A stretch of DNA of 58,988 nucleotides, counting the filler, from Dugesia japonica (lineage: Eukaryota), in NCBI GenBank assembly GCA_001938525.1. It is 6 parts of 6 records of this genome, joined end to end, with 100 filler letters (N's around TTAATTAATTAA, not from the genome) between each part and the next. Parts side by side here need not be neighbours in the genome. Positions count along the whole stretch, not along the records: positions 28,791 to 39,375 come from MQRL01645069.1; positions 39,476 to 48,847 come from MQRL01632461.1; positions 48,948 to 58,988 come from MQRL01574783.1; 3 more parts are not named here. One strand, 5' to 3'. The notes under the pieces are model-generated. The model made no database searches. It was given only the letters and a program-made list of their open reading frames with translations, and was not told the DNA's origin. This document shows, one piece after another, positions 37,509-51,530 of this stretch (position 1 is its first letter; each line of letters opens with the position of its first letter). The translations under genes and the position numbers were made by a program.

Positions 37509-38130
37509 CAGTAGTGGGCCCCAAGGTGTATAGCGGAGAAATTTCAAAAATAAAAAATGTAACATCGCATTGATTATTATTCTTATACAGGGTTTTTCTA
37601 AATGTTGGTTCAACTTGTTCAAAATATTTCATCTTCAAGTCAACATATTTAATCATTTTACCAAAATGTTTAATCATTGAAAATTTATAATTAGTTATAT
37701 TAGTTATATTATTTCTAAAAAAATCCTCGTGGATATAACTAACAACGATCAAAACAGCATTGAAAATATTGAAATCTCTCCAGAAAGTATATCTACCATA
37801 AACAATACCAGAATACCTCGGAGAACCAGGAATTTAGATAATTCTTTAAGACAACTTATTTGTCCAAAATATTTTATTGTTATTATAATAAATGTATTAT
37901 TAATTAGCATATTTGTAGACATATAACTATAATTTTTTCTTACTAATAGAAAGTCTTACTTGAGTACGATTTTCTAAAGAAAATATAAAAAATGATTAAA
38001 TATTTTGACTTGATGATGAAACATTTGGAAAAACCCTGTATAATGATTGATAAGATTTTGTTTTTATGCTTTCTGTCATTTCATGATTTTCTCAGGTGAG
38101 TGGCGGCTTGAAAAAGTTGGCAAATCACTG
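37509..38130. mobile_element. hAT (Charlie-like) MITE with 8-bp TSD
   Basis: CAGT...CACTG ends are flanked by identical CTCTAGAG (37501-37508 and 38131-38138). Confidence 0.8.
37588..38038. mobile_element. Tc1/mariner-type MITE nested in the hAT MITE
   Basis: TA|CAGGGTTTTTCTAAATGTT ... AACATTTGGAAAAACCCTG|TA, plus further inverted subterminal identity. Confidence 0.85.
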
Positions 38131-39375
38131 CTCTAGAGTAATTCGATTAATAACATGTACAATAACATGTTTTTTTCAAGTTAATAACTGAATTAATTAA
38201 AAAATTATTATACCAACAGATATATGATTTGCTATTTTATTTATTTTAAATCCCCGAAGCAGTCTATTGTCAGAAATTCATGAAAATTATTTACTCTATC
38301 ACATTTTTTGAAAATTATAAACATAAAATCCAACAATTAGTTAAGAAAGAATTTGAATTATATATTTGTCGTTTCTTTTGACTTGAAAAACGTTCATGAA
38401 ATATAAACAGTAATTTTTTTTATTTATCTTATTATGAAATTTTTGCATGTTTTACACATTTTAATTAATTAACTCAAGTTTTTTTTAAATTTAAATTTTT
38501 TATTTTGTCTACGAGTCGTAGACTACGACCAACTGTAATTCTATTATTATAATTTTTTTCATGTTTCTTTTGTAAATTTAATTGTTGATTGTAATCTTTA
38601 ATTAATGGTTTTATTTTGGAAATTAGTTCATTGATTAATTAGTAACTTGATTATTTAATTATTAAAAATGTAAATTAAATAAATTATATTATTTAAATTA
38701 ATAAATAAATAAATAATAAAAAGTTACTAATTTGATCTGTCAAATTTACAGCATAATGATTCCAATAAACTGTTTATTCTATCGTGTACTGTTAATTTTT
38801 TCAACAAATATCACGGTTTAACTTTGATTCTACCGATTTATTTTTCTAAAAGCAATTTTTCGTTGCAAAAATAAATTTCACATAAAATCAAAAAAACAAA
38901 ATGTTTACAAATTTAATAGCTCGTAATTTTATTTCTATTTAAAATAGACCAGTAGAAATTTTTTTTTATAAAAACAACATATCCTGAAAACATTTTACGG
39001 TTTTAAATAAACTATATTTAGTTCACCTAAAAAATGCAATAAAAAACTGAAAAAAATAACCTAAAATAAAAAAGTAATAAAATATTTTTTAATGTTTGGA
39101 CTATGCGAAAAATGTGATCAGTATGTGAATGTCATCAAAATATATTAATTATGAAGTTTTGAAAGTAATTATTAAATAAATATTTTTATGGATTAAAAAG
39201 TTTCATTAAAACAAGAAATAGGATATTCTATTGTAAAGTATCGATTATGATTTTTCAAATATGTTATTATATTTTGTTATTATATATTATGTTATATTGT
39301 ATTATGTCACCGGATTTTGAGGTTCCAGGATTCTGAGGTTCTTAAATTTTTATTGGATATTTTTAAATGGATAAA

Positions 39376-39475
39376 NNNNNNNNNNNNNNNNNNNNNNNNN
39401 NNNNNNNNNNNNNNNNNNNTTAATTAATTAANNNNNNNNNNNNNNNNNNNNNNNNNNNNNNNNNNNNNNNNNNNN
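39376..39475. other. Artificial scaffold linker
   Basis: 44N-TTAATTAATTAA-44N. Confidence 0.95.
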
Positions 39476-39890
39476 TTAATGAAATCTCAAATCCGATCAA
39501 TGGTTAAGTCCAACAATTATTCTCACAATAATTGTAATTATAAAATTCGCTAGAACAACATCATATAACATGGAAAACACTAGTAACAGGTCACATTACA
39601 GAAAGAAACATTGATCAAAGATGATAAATCTAAAATCAATTTGGTTTTTTAATAATTAAAATAAAATTATCCAATTAAAGTTCAATAAAATAAAATTGTT
39701 TCTGTTTCTTCTAACAGCTTGAAATATTCAAAAAAAGTGAATTCTGAAGAAAACTTTCGTAGAAAATTTGAATTTCTAGCAAGAAATAAAAGAAATTATT
39801 TTCAATTTTTTAATTTACTGAAACTTTAAAAAATACAATCAATGGTTAAGTCCGATAATTATTCTAGTAATAATTTTCGTAATTGTGAAA
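39476..39890 (+). repeat. Two PLE pLTR-like tails and a degenerate hammerhead (39740-39774)
   Basis: atcaatggttaagtcc..aattattct..aataatt occurs at ~39498 and ~39838. AAUU CUGAAGA AAAC UUUC GUA GAAA AUUU GAAUU is the degenerate hammerhead. Confidence 0.6.
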
Positions 39891-40554
39891 TATTAGAAAA
39901 ATCCATTTTATTTCTTTATTTGAAGATTGTTAATCATTTAGACCAGCAATTACGAAACTATGATCTAATGTTCTGTAAAGCAAAACTAAACACCAATTAA
40001 TTAATAACCATCTCCGGAGAAAAAGTATAGTTGTATTCATTTTTTCGCGTTAACAAAAATAAAATAAATTTATATGTACTGCATTAATAGGCTTAGAATT
40101 ATTCTTGTTCATGTGTAGAGGTTGCCACAAACTACTTTTGTTTTCATATATCTTATATATGTAAAATTAAATTTCATAAAAGTCATCATTTATTTATTAA
40201 TAACTCTTATATGTATGCATATTCTCAAAAATACAACCCTCTAAAATTATTAGTTTTGTGGAGTGCTCTGCAATCCGTATAGTTTGGGAACCACTGATTT
40301 AAACAATTAACAAAAAATAATAAAAATATTTTATCTAGCGTTTATACTCAATTAAAAAGTTAAACAGTAAATTGAAAGCTTAGGTATAATTTTTGTTTTA
40401 AAAAATAATTATAATGATAAGAATATTGAAAATATATAACGAAGAATGTTATGGTGGCATTTATCACAAAGTGTGGCCAAATTCTGAAACCGTTTAATAA
40501 AAGAATTAAACTCAGTCTTCCAAATTTTTCTCAAATATCATATATATAATATAT

Positions 40555-40801
40555 CAGGGCAACACAAAATACGGCCCGTAAGTTTTTATCATGCGGCCCT
40601 CAACCCTTGATAAAAATTTCCTAAAAAAGTCAAATGAAAAATCAAAGTTTATATTTTTTTATCCTTCTAAAGCCTTTTTATTATGTTTTCTACATATTTT
40701 AATAATATAATTTAAATCTGTATTTATATCAAACATAGTCTTTTCTAATAATTTTCCCTGAAATTTTTGGCCCTTGAAGCAAACTCATTTGTGCAGGTCT
40801 G
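40555..40801. mobile_element. hAT/Charlie-like MITE
   Basis: CAGGGCAACACAAAATACGGCCC ... GGCCC..TTTGTGCAGGTCTG termini with typical subterminal GGCCC motifs. Confidence 0.65.
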
Positions 40802-42809
40802 TTATAGATGGATAGATAGATATTATAATTTATTGTATCAAATATTTTGAGTTAATTAGTAGTTAGTAAAAAATCAATTAATACACACCATTATAAACAG
40901 CTCAATAATTGAAATATCGATCGGTTTCTATAGTAATCACATAATCAATAAATAACTGCAGAATCATATCGTAGTAAAGAATCGGTATTTAATCAATGAT
41001 GATAAATGTCGTCAACATTATTTATCAATAAATACGGAAAAGTCATCATTTTAAATGAATTAAATGAAACAGAAAATTTATTTTTATCTTTTTTTATCGA
41101 ATTTAATCTTTGTGACTAATGTTGTATGAATTATCGGATATGACTAGTACTGTGTTCCTCTGTGTTGATGAGACTTAAATTTGTTATTTAATTATTGGAA
41201 CACTCTACAGACTATTAAAAAAAATTAAATTACATTTTTATCACGAGAATTTTTATTTTCAATAATATTTATTTAGAAATCGTTTTCATTAAAAAGTTTT
41301 CAAGCTTTTTTGAGAAGCTCTCAGTACAATTTACAAAACATTGACTTTAAAGGGTATTGTAATTTTTTAATCCCATGTTTACGATTTTAATTTTAAACAT
41401 TTTTAAGTTTAAAATATGTCAAGGAAAAATATTTGCAAGGAAACAGGTAAAAATTATAACAAAACTTTGTTGTTTAAATCAGTTATTATTCAATTATTTG
41501 TTTACAGTAAATTCAAATTAATGTCAAGAAAACAGTGAAAGAAAATCTCAAAGAAAACGCATGCAAATATTATTAGGTCTTACAAAAGAAATAAATATTG
41601 TTAGATGAATCTGTAACATTCATCTTTGCATTTACAAATTGAACACTATTCATTCTAAGATTTATTTAAAGACAACAACAGAAACACAAACTATTAATTT
41701 GTATTTTCAAACAAATTTAAAAGTTTTATAACTGAGACTTGAACAAAAAATATTAGTTTATAAAAGTATTTTTTTTAATCAAATTTCAAAACGCCATAGC
41801 ACAATGTTTTTAAGAAAATTACAAAAATAATATATTTAATTAATTTATTTATTATATTTAAATTTTACAAAAAATTATAAATTTAAAGTTTAGTATTTTT
41901 TGTAAGCCTTTAAATACATAAAATTTTATGTTCGCAAATTTCTTTTATGATTTAATTAAAAATATTTAAATACGTAAAATTTTATGTTTATTTAACAAAT
42001 TTATTTTATGATTTAATTAAAAATATTTAATAAAATAATTTTAATAATTTCTTCTTTGCCAGGCATACTTACCTCTGAGTTATCTAAATTCATATTAACA
42101 AATAACGAATAATTAATAATATTTATTCTACAACAATTATTAAGAACGTTTACAAATTACTTAAAAAAAATTACAAATTATAACTCAAATATTACAATTT
42201 ACAAACTTTCTAATTACGATATATTACAGAAAAATTACTTACACAAATTCTTATACAATAAAAATGAAAATAACTCACAAAGATATTAACCGAAATATTT
42301 GCCAAAGATTAAATCCAAAAATACTCTGAATTTGAATTTCGCACGCTTTTCAAAATCTCCTTATAAAACAATAACTCAATTAAAACACTCACTAAATTTT
42401 CTATTTATTATTAATTTTTCGCAGTCTCATTATACAAAAACATTTAAAATTGCTTTTAAAAGCTACTTTACAAATATAAAATCAAAGAAATCGCCGAAAT
42501 GTTTTCGTTTGATTGACATGTAATTATAAAGTTAAAATACCCTGTATAAATAATTTCAATTAAATATTGATATCGTTGAATACTGGTCGGGATGTTCTGT
42601 TTCTCGTGTTCATTAAGATGAAAATGAAACGTGAGCCTTTCCACTTGTTTAAGAAAAAATATTTATTAAAAGAAAATGATGATTGAAAAGAAATTACTTG
42701 TTAATGCAATACTGTTTACAATATGATTAAATGAATATTTTAACAAATAATTTATTTAAAGATAAAAAGTAAATAACTTCATTTAAAATAAAACTTTTAT
42801 GTGCTATAT

Positions 42810-43580
42810 TTCGACGAATCAATATATTCTTTATCATCAGACAAAAATGAAAAAATGAGTTTATTCAGTCTATATTATTTAAACAAAGATTCAAGCAATT
42901 AATCTGAATATAAAATGTTGGCTATTATCATAATTCTTAATTTGTTATTTTTAACATTTTTTCTCATTAAAATAAAAGCTTTGATCAAATTATTTTTTTT
43001 GAATTTTCAACTTTGTCTTTGACAGGAATTCACTTTTAAGTTGACTTACGAACATAAAAAATTAAAAAGTTTTAAAAACCATTATAAGCCTATCATGCAC
43101 TGATCTCATCATGTATACTACTTATTGTGACTTCGTCATGTTGGTTCCCCTATTGTCTGATGTCATTAATTTCGAAATTTTGATCGCCCATCACGAAATG
43201 ATACTCGGCTAATTGAGCTAATTCATCAAGGTTTTTGTCTCTGTGCTGAACAATTTTCAATAAAAGAAGATCCTTAGCAGCTTTCAGAATTGAATACTTA
43301 AACTTTTTAAAACCGTCAGAATAAGGAATCGATAAAACAAATGGCTCAACACAGTTGACAAAATGTTATCAGGTTCAGGATCATTCAACACAGTTTCCAT
43401 CTTTTTATGCAATTCAATATTATTATCAACCAATATTTTATCAATTTAAAAATTGTTTACTATGTCCATTTGTTTACAGTAACTTTAATAAATGTTTGAT
43501 GCTCTTAATGGATTTCGAATAAGTTGAAGACAATGACCAAGAAAAAACACTTTTTAAAAATACTTCATATTTCTGGAAAT
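42810..43580 (-). mobile_element. Second, rearranged PLE copy (RT N-region, pLTR with degenerate hammerhead, C-terminal linker)
   Basis: 42810-42910 matches 1615-1710 and 43265-43530 is the reverse complement of ~2060-2345. The repeat arm and a degenerate hammerhead lie at 42968-43035. Confidence 0.8.
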
Positions 43581-44699
43581 CTTTCATTCAACAGATATCA
43601 AATTAAATAGTTATTATTTTTAAAAATTAATTTAAATAAACTCGATTTTAGATGAATTTTCAAAACTTTATTATCGCAAGTGAATTTATAGCGCTCAATG
43701 GTGAATTTTGGTGAGTATTTGAGTTCATAATAAAAGGTTATTAAAAATAAAAAGATAAAATTTAATTTTGTAATTTTAAACAAATTAAATGAACTAAGCC
43801 ATTTGAGATCCAGTTTTAAAATTAAATGATTTTCATAAAAAAAATTTAAAAATATTATTTAAAAAAATTCAGTTATTATTTATTAATATAAAATTTTATT
43901 TTATTTTATTTATTTTAAAATTTTACAAATTAAAAAATAAAACTTTAATAATATTTCAAATCAATAACAAATTTAAATTAATATTTTAAATCAATAACAA
44001 ATTCCAATTGTTCGGTTAAAACACAGAAAGAGTGAAAACTAAATGAAATAAACCTATGAAGGTGAAAAGAGAAGAGTCGTTACAAGTAAAACCGTACGTA
44101 TGAAATCAAGAAAAAGAATCGAAAAGAAATGAGCGAGTTCTGGACCATAAATTTTTCTTAATAAGAATGAAGCCAAAATAATTTGTTTCGAAATAAATGA
44201 AAAATAAACGTAATAGTATGTTGAATTTGATAAGGAAGATATAATTGTAGATGTCCCTTAATTAGTGAATAATAAAATTTGAATATTATTGTTTTATGTC
44301 GTTGCGTGTGGTATGTTTATACGTGGGTATAATAAAAATAAAATTACAATATTATAAAAATAAAAAATACATTTATAATTATTATATTAATCATTAACCT
44401 ATATTTATTATTAGCATTTATTTTTTATTATAAGTAAGTCGGACCATGCACTCGTTGTGTTAATTGAATTTAGAAAATTCACAATCTAAAACTAAAAATT
44501 TACCAAAAAGGTCATAAAGCAGAAAAACAGATACTTATTATGTAATGCAAACCACATTGGATTTCCAAATCTGCTGTCCGTCGAAATCAGCAATCTAAAT
44601 GAAAAGGTTCAATTGATTACTTATACTAAATTTCTATAACCAGTGGGTTAACCGATGAAAATAATTGCTTTCACGTAGATTAAACAGCTCTGCTGATTA

Positions 44700-45482
44700 T
44701 TGAAGCAAAGCAAAGAAGAAGTGAATTCCTAATGATACAAGTACCTGTTTAATTTATATCATGTTGTGTACATTATCCGAGCGACAGATCACATTCGTTG
44801 TCGGCTCGAATTAATATTATGATTTTCTGCGCTTCGTGTTGTCAAATCGAACCCATTTTTCGTCAATTGTGAGGATACGATGTAAAGGTTTTCCTTTGAT
44901 GCTTTGGAAGCAGCATTTTGCATATGAACTTACGCCTTTCCACGTCTCTGGACTTCATTTCATAGGGTAGCCAATTTCTTTGTTGTTTCATTCCAATTGA
45001 CTTCAGGCATCTGCAAATTATGGTTTGCCTGACATCTAAGGATTTCTCAAGTTCTTTCTGTGTTGCAGTTGGATCTTAATCGACTAAAGCCACGAATTGC
45101 ATATCATTAACTTTCGTAGGTTGTCCCGGACGTATCTTATCCTCAGTATCAAAATCACCACTTCTAAAGCGGCGATACCAGTATTCGCATGTTGAAATTG
45201 ATGGGCTATATTCATCATAGGCTTCTGACAGCATTTGGTGAATAAAAATAGTAGCCAAAAAGCAAAGCTTCTGCAAATGGCGTTTTGCTGGGACAAATGT
45301 TGACATGTTGTTTGCTGAAAATAAAAATATCTTATGAGTATTTTTAAATGAAAATTATTGATTAGTATAATTTGGTAATTGGAAATCACGAGGGACACAC
45401 AAAACATTTGTCACATGTCATATACTACTGCGAATTACATCATCAACTGCATGACCTTTAAAATTAATGCGCACACCTAATA
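44700..45482 (-). mobile_element. Mos1-like mariner, internally deleted
   Basis: HQMLSEAYDEYSPSISTCEYWYRRFRSGDFDTEDKIRPGQP, RDVERR and LHRILT.DEKW. The terminus reads TATTAGGTGTGCGCATTAATT on the minus strand. Confidence 0.88.
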
Positions 45483-46517
45483 TATAAGCAGCTGCACAGA
45501 TATATCATACACACATGAGATTTTAATTCAAATTATAACTGTCGGTTTTTGATTAAAAATTATTGGGCTAAAATAATACAACTTCATTTCCGTTTGGAAA
45601 AGAAACTCTTAGACAAATAATTTTTATTTGCATTGTTAAATTATCAAGCATCGTGTAATTGTGCATAATCCAAGTGCAGTTTGTGTAAATAGATGATTGT
45701 GCTTCTCTCAAGGAACTTGTATAAAAGAAATTCCTCAAGAAAACGTTGTATGAAGACAATTATTTATCTAAGTCAGAAAGTTGTTTGAAATTAATGATTT
45801 GTTAAGGTCAAAAGTTGTATGAAGGAAATTCTTTGTCGAAGAATTGATCGTTGTCAGCTAACGTCCTTGTAATCAAGATGAGATACCACAAAATTTCGCT
45901 GGACTTGGAAAAGAGGGATCATGGCACCGAGGTGTCATAAATACTTGCGGATTTTAGGTATGCCGCTAGACTAAAGTGAAATTGTTTAACAGAGTGTTAG
46001 AATCGAAGCAAAGTGTGTACAAATCAAATACAAAAGCCTAGAATCTAAACGCAAATAATATTTCAAATAACTAATAAATTTCAATTAATAATAACATTAT
46101 AGTCGAGTAAAACTTCTAAAAATAATCAATTTTACCATTTTTCTAAAATGAAATAATACAATTTTCAAACCGAGAAATTAATTAAAAATAATTAAATTAT
46201 TTTATTTAGTTTACTCAAACCTTTTACAATGAAAATAAATTTCATTAAAATACAAAATTTAAAAAAATGTTTTCCCTTTTCCGTTTGATTAATTAATGCC
46301 AATCTGATACTCACATTTCCAGACATTCGTAGATCTTTTTAAAATATTTTCCGTTTTCTATATTTTACTAAAATTAGAATGAAAGTGTTCAATAATTTGA
46401 TTTAATAATTTTTGTAATCAATGATGGAAAAAATAAAACGATGGCGACAAAAAAATTATTATTTACTTTGATAATAAATATTTACTGCTGAATTTTAACT
46501 TTAATAAAAATAATAAT

Positions 46518-46574
<57 letters not shown>

Positions 46575-46969
46575 NNNNNNNNNNNNNNNNNNNNNNNNNN
46601 NNNNNNNNNNNNNNNNNNNNNNNNNNNNNNNNNNNNNNNNNNNNNNNNNNNNNNNNNNNNNNNNNNNNNNNNNNNNNNNNNNNNNNNNNNNNNNNNNNNN
46701 NNNNNNNNNNNNNNNNNNNNNNNNNNNNNNNNNNNNNNNNNNNNNNNNNNNNNNNNNNNNNNNNNNNNNNNNNNNNNNNNNNNNNNNNNNNNNNNNNNNN
46801 NNNNNNNNNNNNATTATAAAAAATTGAATCATTTATTTTTCTTGAATTAATGTAAATATTTGTTAATTGATGATTTATTTTCCAAAACTATAGAATTTAA
46901 AAATATAATGATTTCTTATCAAAATTTAATAAAAACTTAAAATGTTGTATTATAATGATATTTTAAAAA

Positions 46970-47580
46970 TGAAGTGAATAAAAATATTAGTAATATAATT
47001 GAACGATTTTCAGAAATTTTTATGGAAAATAAATGGGATCTAGGTAAGATAACACTATTAAAACATGAAATTATTACCCACAGTGGTCCAATTGTAGTAA
47101 TTCATAGGCAAAAACCTATTCATTTAGTAGATAAAATTAATAAGGCTATTTTATAAATGGATAAACAAAGTAAAATTAAGCACTGTGAGTCTAAGAGAAA
47201 TAATCCGTTAGTTTGTGTATGAAAGAAAGAGAAGAAAGACATTAGAATTTGCTTGGATTTTAGATTATTGAATAATATAACTGAGAGATCATTATTCCCA
47301 ATATCACATCTATGAGAAATACTTGACATTTTGAATGGATCAGAATATTTTACATCGAAAGATTTTGTTAATGCATATTACTAGTTAGAATTAGAGGAAA
47401 GTTCAAAATACGAAACGACATTTTTTTTGAAATTTGAAAAAGCTCATTTCAACCGAATGCCATTTAGAATAGCTACAGCACCAGCAACATCTAAAAAATT
47501 AATGAAAAAAGTGAACTTGGAAAGAAGCATTTGTTTATCTTGATGATATATTGATATTTTCGAAATCTGAAAAAATACAC
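46970..47580 (+). mobile_element. Ty3/Gypsy reverse transcriptase remnant
   Basis: LGKITLLKHEIIT, NPLVCV*KK..IRICLDFRLLN, FPI..EILDILNGSEYFT, FNRMPF.IATAPAT and YLDDILIFS. Confidence 0.9.
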
Positions 47581-48529
47581 GATAGAAGTTGTAAGTTAGA
47601 ACTCATTAATGATAAAAAATACGAAATATTAAATGGTTAAAACACTTTTAAAAGGAGAAATGTGAGATATAACCAAGAATTGCTTAATATTTCTATATTG
47701 ACCTCTAAAAGAGTAAATTGACATATGTATAGGTGAATGCGTGATTGAATATATGCTGGTGTGTAATTTGAAATGCTCAAACATTATTACATAATCGATT
47801 AGTCAAAAGCTATATATTTTTACAGTGTCATTTTTGTTGAATGAATACATTTTATGTGAACTCTATTTCCAAGTCTAACAGTAAAATACATATTAATAAT
47901 AATAATAATAATAATTATAATAATAATAATATTGATAAAATTAATAATAATAACATTAATAATAATATTATTATTAATAATAATAATAAGTTTCATATTT
48001 AATTAGTAAGTTTTACGATTTCTAAAGGAAAACTGTTATTAATAAATATGGCAACATAGATTATTGTCTAAACTTTGAATTTCTATAGCAGACAGATCGG
48101 TAAACCAGGCCATCTTATATTCTGCCCTAGATAGAAATTTCTGTCTTGTTACCAAAGCAATTTTCTGAGAGAAAAAATGCCTGCAGTCAATGACCAAATT
48201 GAAAACAGTAAATCTGATTACAATTTAATAATCATTCCTTACCAGTAACCGCACATTAACTATATTTTTTCTCTTTGCTTCAGGGCTTCGAAAATGATGA
48301 AAATTCAATCAACTGCATTTTTAAGGATTTAAAATTTGCATTACAGCTTTGTAAAAATCCACAACAAATTACAAATACGACAATAGATGTACTCAATTTT
48401 CACTTTTCTTTACATAACTAAATTTAATTTTAATAAATTTTCTTTGATTGCTTTTTCTATAATTTGTCCTGTGTAAATAGATCCTAAATATTTTATTAAT
48501 AAAATTATAAATAATACTAATTCATTAAA

Positions 48530-48740
48530 AATAAAACCTTCGGTCAAAATTTTGTTTTTATGGTTTTTGATAATAATTCTATACTTCGATTTTGTCTTCG
48601 TCAAGAGTTGACTTTTTAAAAAAAGTAAAAAATCAATTCCTGAAAAAGACAAAATCGAGGAATTATTTTAAATGAATTCTGAAACACGATCAATGGTTAC
48701 GTCCAACAATTATTCTCGCAATATTTGCTAGTGTAAAACC
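48530..48740. repeat. PLE pLTR-like repeat with two divergent degenerate hammerhead cores
   Basis: Minus core UUGACGAAGACAAAAUCGAAGUAUAGAAUU (48574-48609) and plus core CUGAAAAAGACAAAAUCGAGG (48635-48665), then the conserved tail. Confidence 0.75.
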
Positions 48741-48791
48741 AATACTAATAATAATATTATTATTATTGATAATAACAACAACAATAATAAT

Positions 48792-48847
<56 letters not shown>

Positions 48848-48947
48848 NNNNNNNNNNNNNNNNNNNNNNNNNNNNNNNNNNNNNNNNNNNNTTAATTAAT
48901 TAANNNNNNNNNNNNNNNNNNNNNNNNNNNNNNNNNNNNNNNNNNNN
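48848..48947. other. Artificial scaffold linker
   Basis: 44N-TTAATTAATTAA-44N. Confidence 0.95.
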
Positions 48948-50880
48948 TAAAAGAGACTCCACCCAACTCTTAATGTGTTAAGAAGAATAAATAAATATTA
49001 GTTCACCTAAGTCTTGTCATGCTATCGTGTTTCTTTAAAATATGATTTACGGGAAGATTTTGAACCCGGCCCAAATGGATACGGGTATGCACTCGGACTT
49101 TAGGTTACGAGTCACTGACTTTATCCTGAATATCTAGTTTAGCGACAATAGATTACATTCCTAGAAGGATTCTACTAGGTTACTAAACCCCGGTCATAAA
49201 ATAAAACATCCAACCCAGATAGAACCCTAACATTATTATTATTATATTATTAATATTATTATTATNNNNNNNNNNNNNNNNNNNNNNNNNNNNNNNNNNN
49301 NNNNNNNNNNNNNNNNNNNNNTATTATTATTATTATTATTATTATTCAGAGTATCATTCAGGATATTCACGGTTTGTTGTAAAATATTTCTTTAAAAACA
49401 TGCTTTATATTTTGAGTGCTCTGGAACTTGATTTCTTTGCAATCAGCATTCTGTTTCAAGATTCCCAAAAATACTCACGAACTACTTAATTGTACTAGTT
49501 TGCAATGAACAAGCTAAGTTATACTTAGTACTAAAGAATATTATATAACCAGTTAAAATGAATGTAATTCATATCCATAGGTTATTGATTTTGATGTTTA
49601 CTAATAATTTTATATAAAGTCCATATAATGTAATGAAATCAACCAATAGGATTGTTTACGATCTCGGATATAGTCAATATTGAATACATACACATATTAG
49701 AATCTGAAAATGGTGCAGTTTGATTTATGAGTTTTCAAGTGATGTGTTTATTTTTATACGTTTTCCAAATTTGAGAATATTTATACATAGTGAAAATGTA
49801 TTTAATAATTTAATACCAATAACCTAAATAGTAGTTGTAGATCACAAATAACGCACTTTGAGCCAGGTAATCAGCGCAATCCGAATGCGTTGCATATTCA
49901 TTATATTATCATACATCTACTTCATTTAAAAGATAAATTTATTAAACTAGTCGACAATTACTATAATGATAAAAAAACTTCCACTATTGTTAAATGTATG
50001 CATAAACTAAAATTTTGATGTTTTTTAATTCAATACAGAAATAAATAGAATTTTTCATGTAAAATATAAGGGAAATATGTAAGGGGAACATTTTATTACT
50101 AAATCTATGCATTTTATCACTATTTCTTACACTAAAAAAATTAGTGAAGTTATAATATAATACTGTAATTCTTAGTATTGTTATTTTTATTCATACGGAT
50201 TACATTGATGCTAATCTTCAAAATATATAGAAAAAATTTACGATACTAATTTTCTAATAAAAAATTTCATTTAATAGGTCATTTCACATTATATGAGGAT
50301 TTAAAGAAATGCGCCCAATTGTTATTGATTTATATTCTCGAGGGGGTAATTACGTTGATAACAACCATTTTGATTCAGTTTTGAAAAAAAATCATTGAAG
50401 TTGTATTTAATTAAATGATTGCTCATTAAAAATTATATATATAACACGTTAAACATAAATGTATTTCATATCCATAGATCATCGATTACTAATTTTCCAA
50501 CAACCAATTAAAATCAGGGTGTGGTCTATGAGCCCATTACTAGTCTAATTATGCATAGAAACTCTGAAAAATTCATTGATAATTGTATCCATTATAGATT
50601 CGAGTATATTTATGTAAGGAAAATTCAAGTGAAAATCTAGAAAATTATCCTATATTAATAATAACGATTTAAACAGTAAAAATATTAAAGCTGGATTAAT
50701 TTAATATTAATTAATTTAATTAATAAAAATAAATAAAAATTAAGAAATTTCAAATATTTATTTTGTCATCAATTATTTCATTTGTATAAAAACATTAAAA
50801 ATTAAAAAAAAATACAGAATAAAGTAAAATATAGTAAACTAAAGATTATTTCTGTACAATTCGATATTTTTATTAATTCT

Positions 50881-51530
50881 CTACATTCTCATTACAGCTG
50901 TTAGAATCGATACAAGCAACAAAGTTGTGGATATGTAGATCCGTGAACCGATTGATTCTCTACATTGTAAAGTATCATATCGGTTAGCAATACCATTCAA
51001 TTTGTTTCTATATTCTTTCTCTAACAACTGACCCGGATAGAACCATAGTGAATCAGAAAATGGGTATTCATAACCTTGTCGACATTCACATTTGTAGTTG
51101 CCCAACGAGAATTTCCGGCCAGGTATTTGAGTACACTAAAGAAAATTATCGTACATGAATAAATATCCGATAAATAAGTAAATATTTTTCTAGCAAGCAA
51201 CTTTTGTATTATAAAAACATTAATATATGAAGCCAGTCGAGTCGTAACGTTTGACTCTTTAGTATTGTCACCGAATTTTTGTCAAATAGACTAGTGACAA
51301 TTCCTTAAGTGCCAAACGATATATACTCAAATAAAATGCAAGCCAATACTCAATTAATCATCGATTAAAATCAATTGGTAAATGTTAAAAATTCAAACAA
51401 TAAAACACTCACATAACTCGATCGATAATCACATGTAGCTGTATTTTTAAAGTAATTTGGCGTATAAAATGACGATGGGCATTGATTGATATCCAATTCC
51501 GATAGAGGTACAGACACAGTAACAACACCC
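50881..51530 (-). CDS. GPR158/GPR179-ectodomain-like protein, last two exons (51530-51413 and 51135-50881), ending in a hydrophobic GPI/TM-like tail
   Basis: GVVTVSVPLSELDINQC..YFKNTATCDYRSSY|CTQIPGRKFSLGNYKCECRQGYEYPF resembles the GPR158 segment VDIDQC..F.GTHKC..ECMPIKGLGF.LGAYECICKAGFYHP. The phase-0 intron is GTGAGT/TTTAG. The stop follows LLLVSILTAVMRM. Confidence 0.8.

Noticed and set aside
45560-45990. GC-richer stretch with HRGV and Cys/His fragments, possibly an LTR-retrotransposon remnant
   Set aside because: It is too degenerate to assign.
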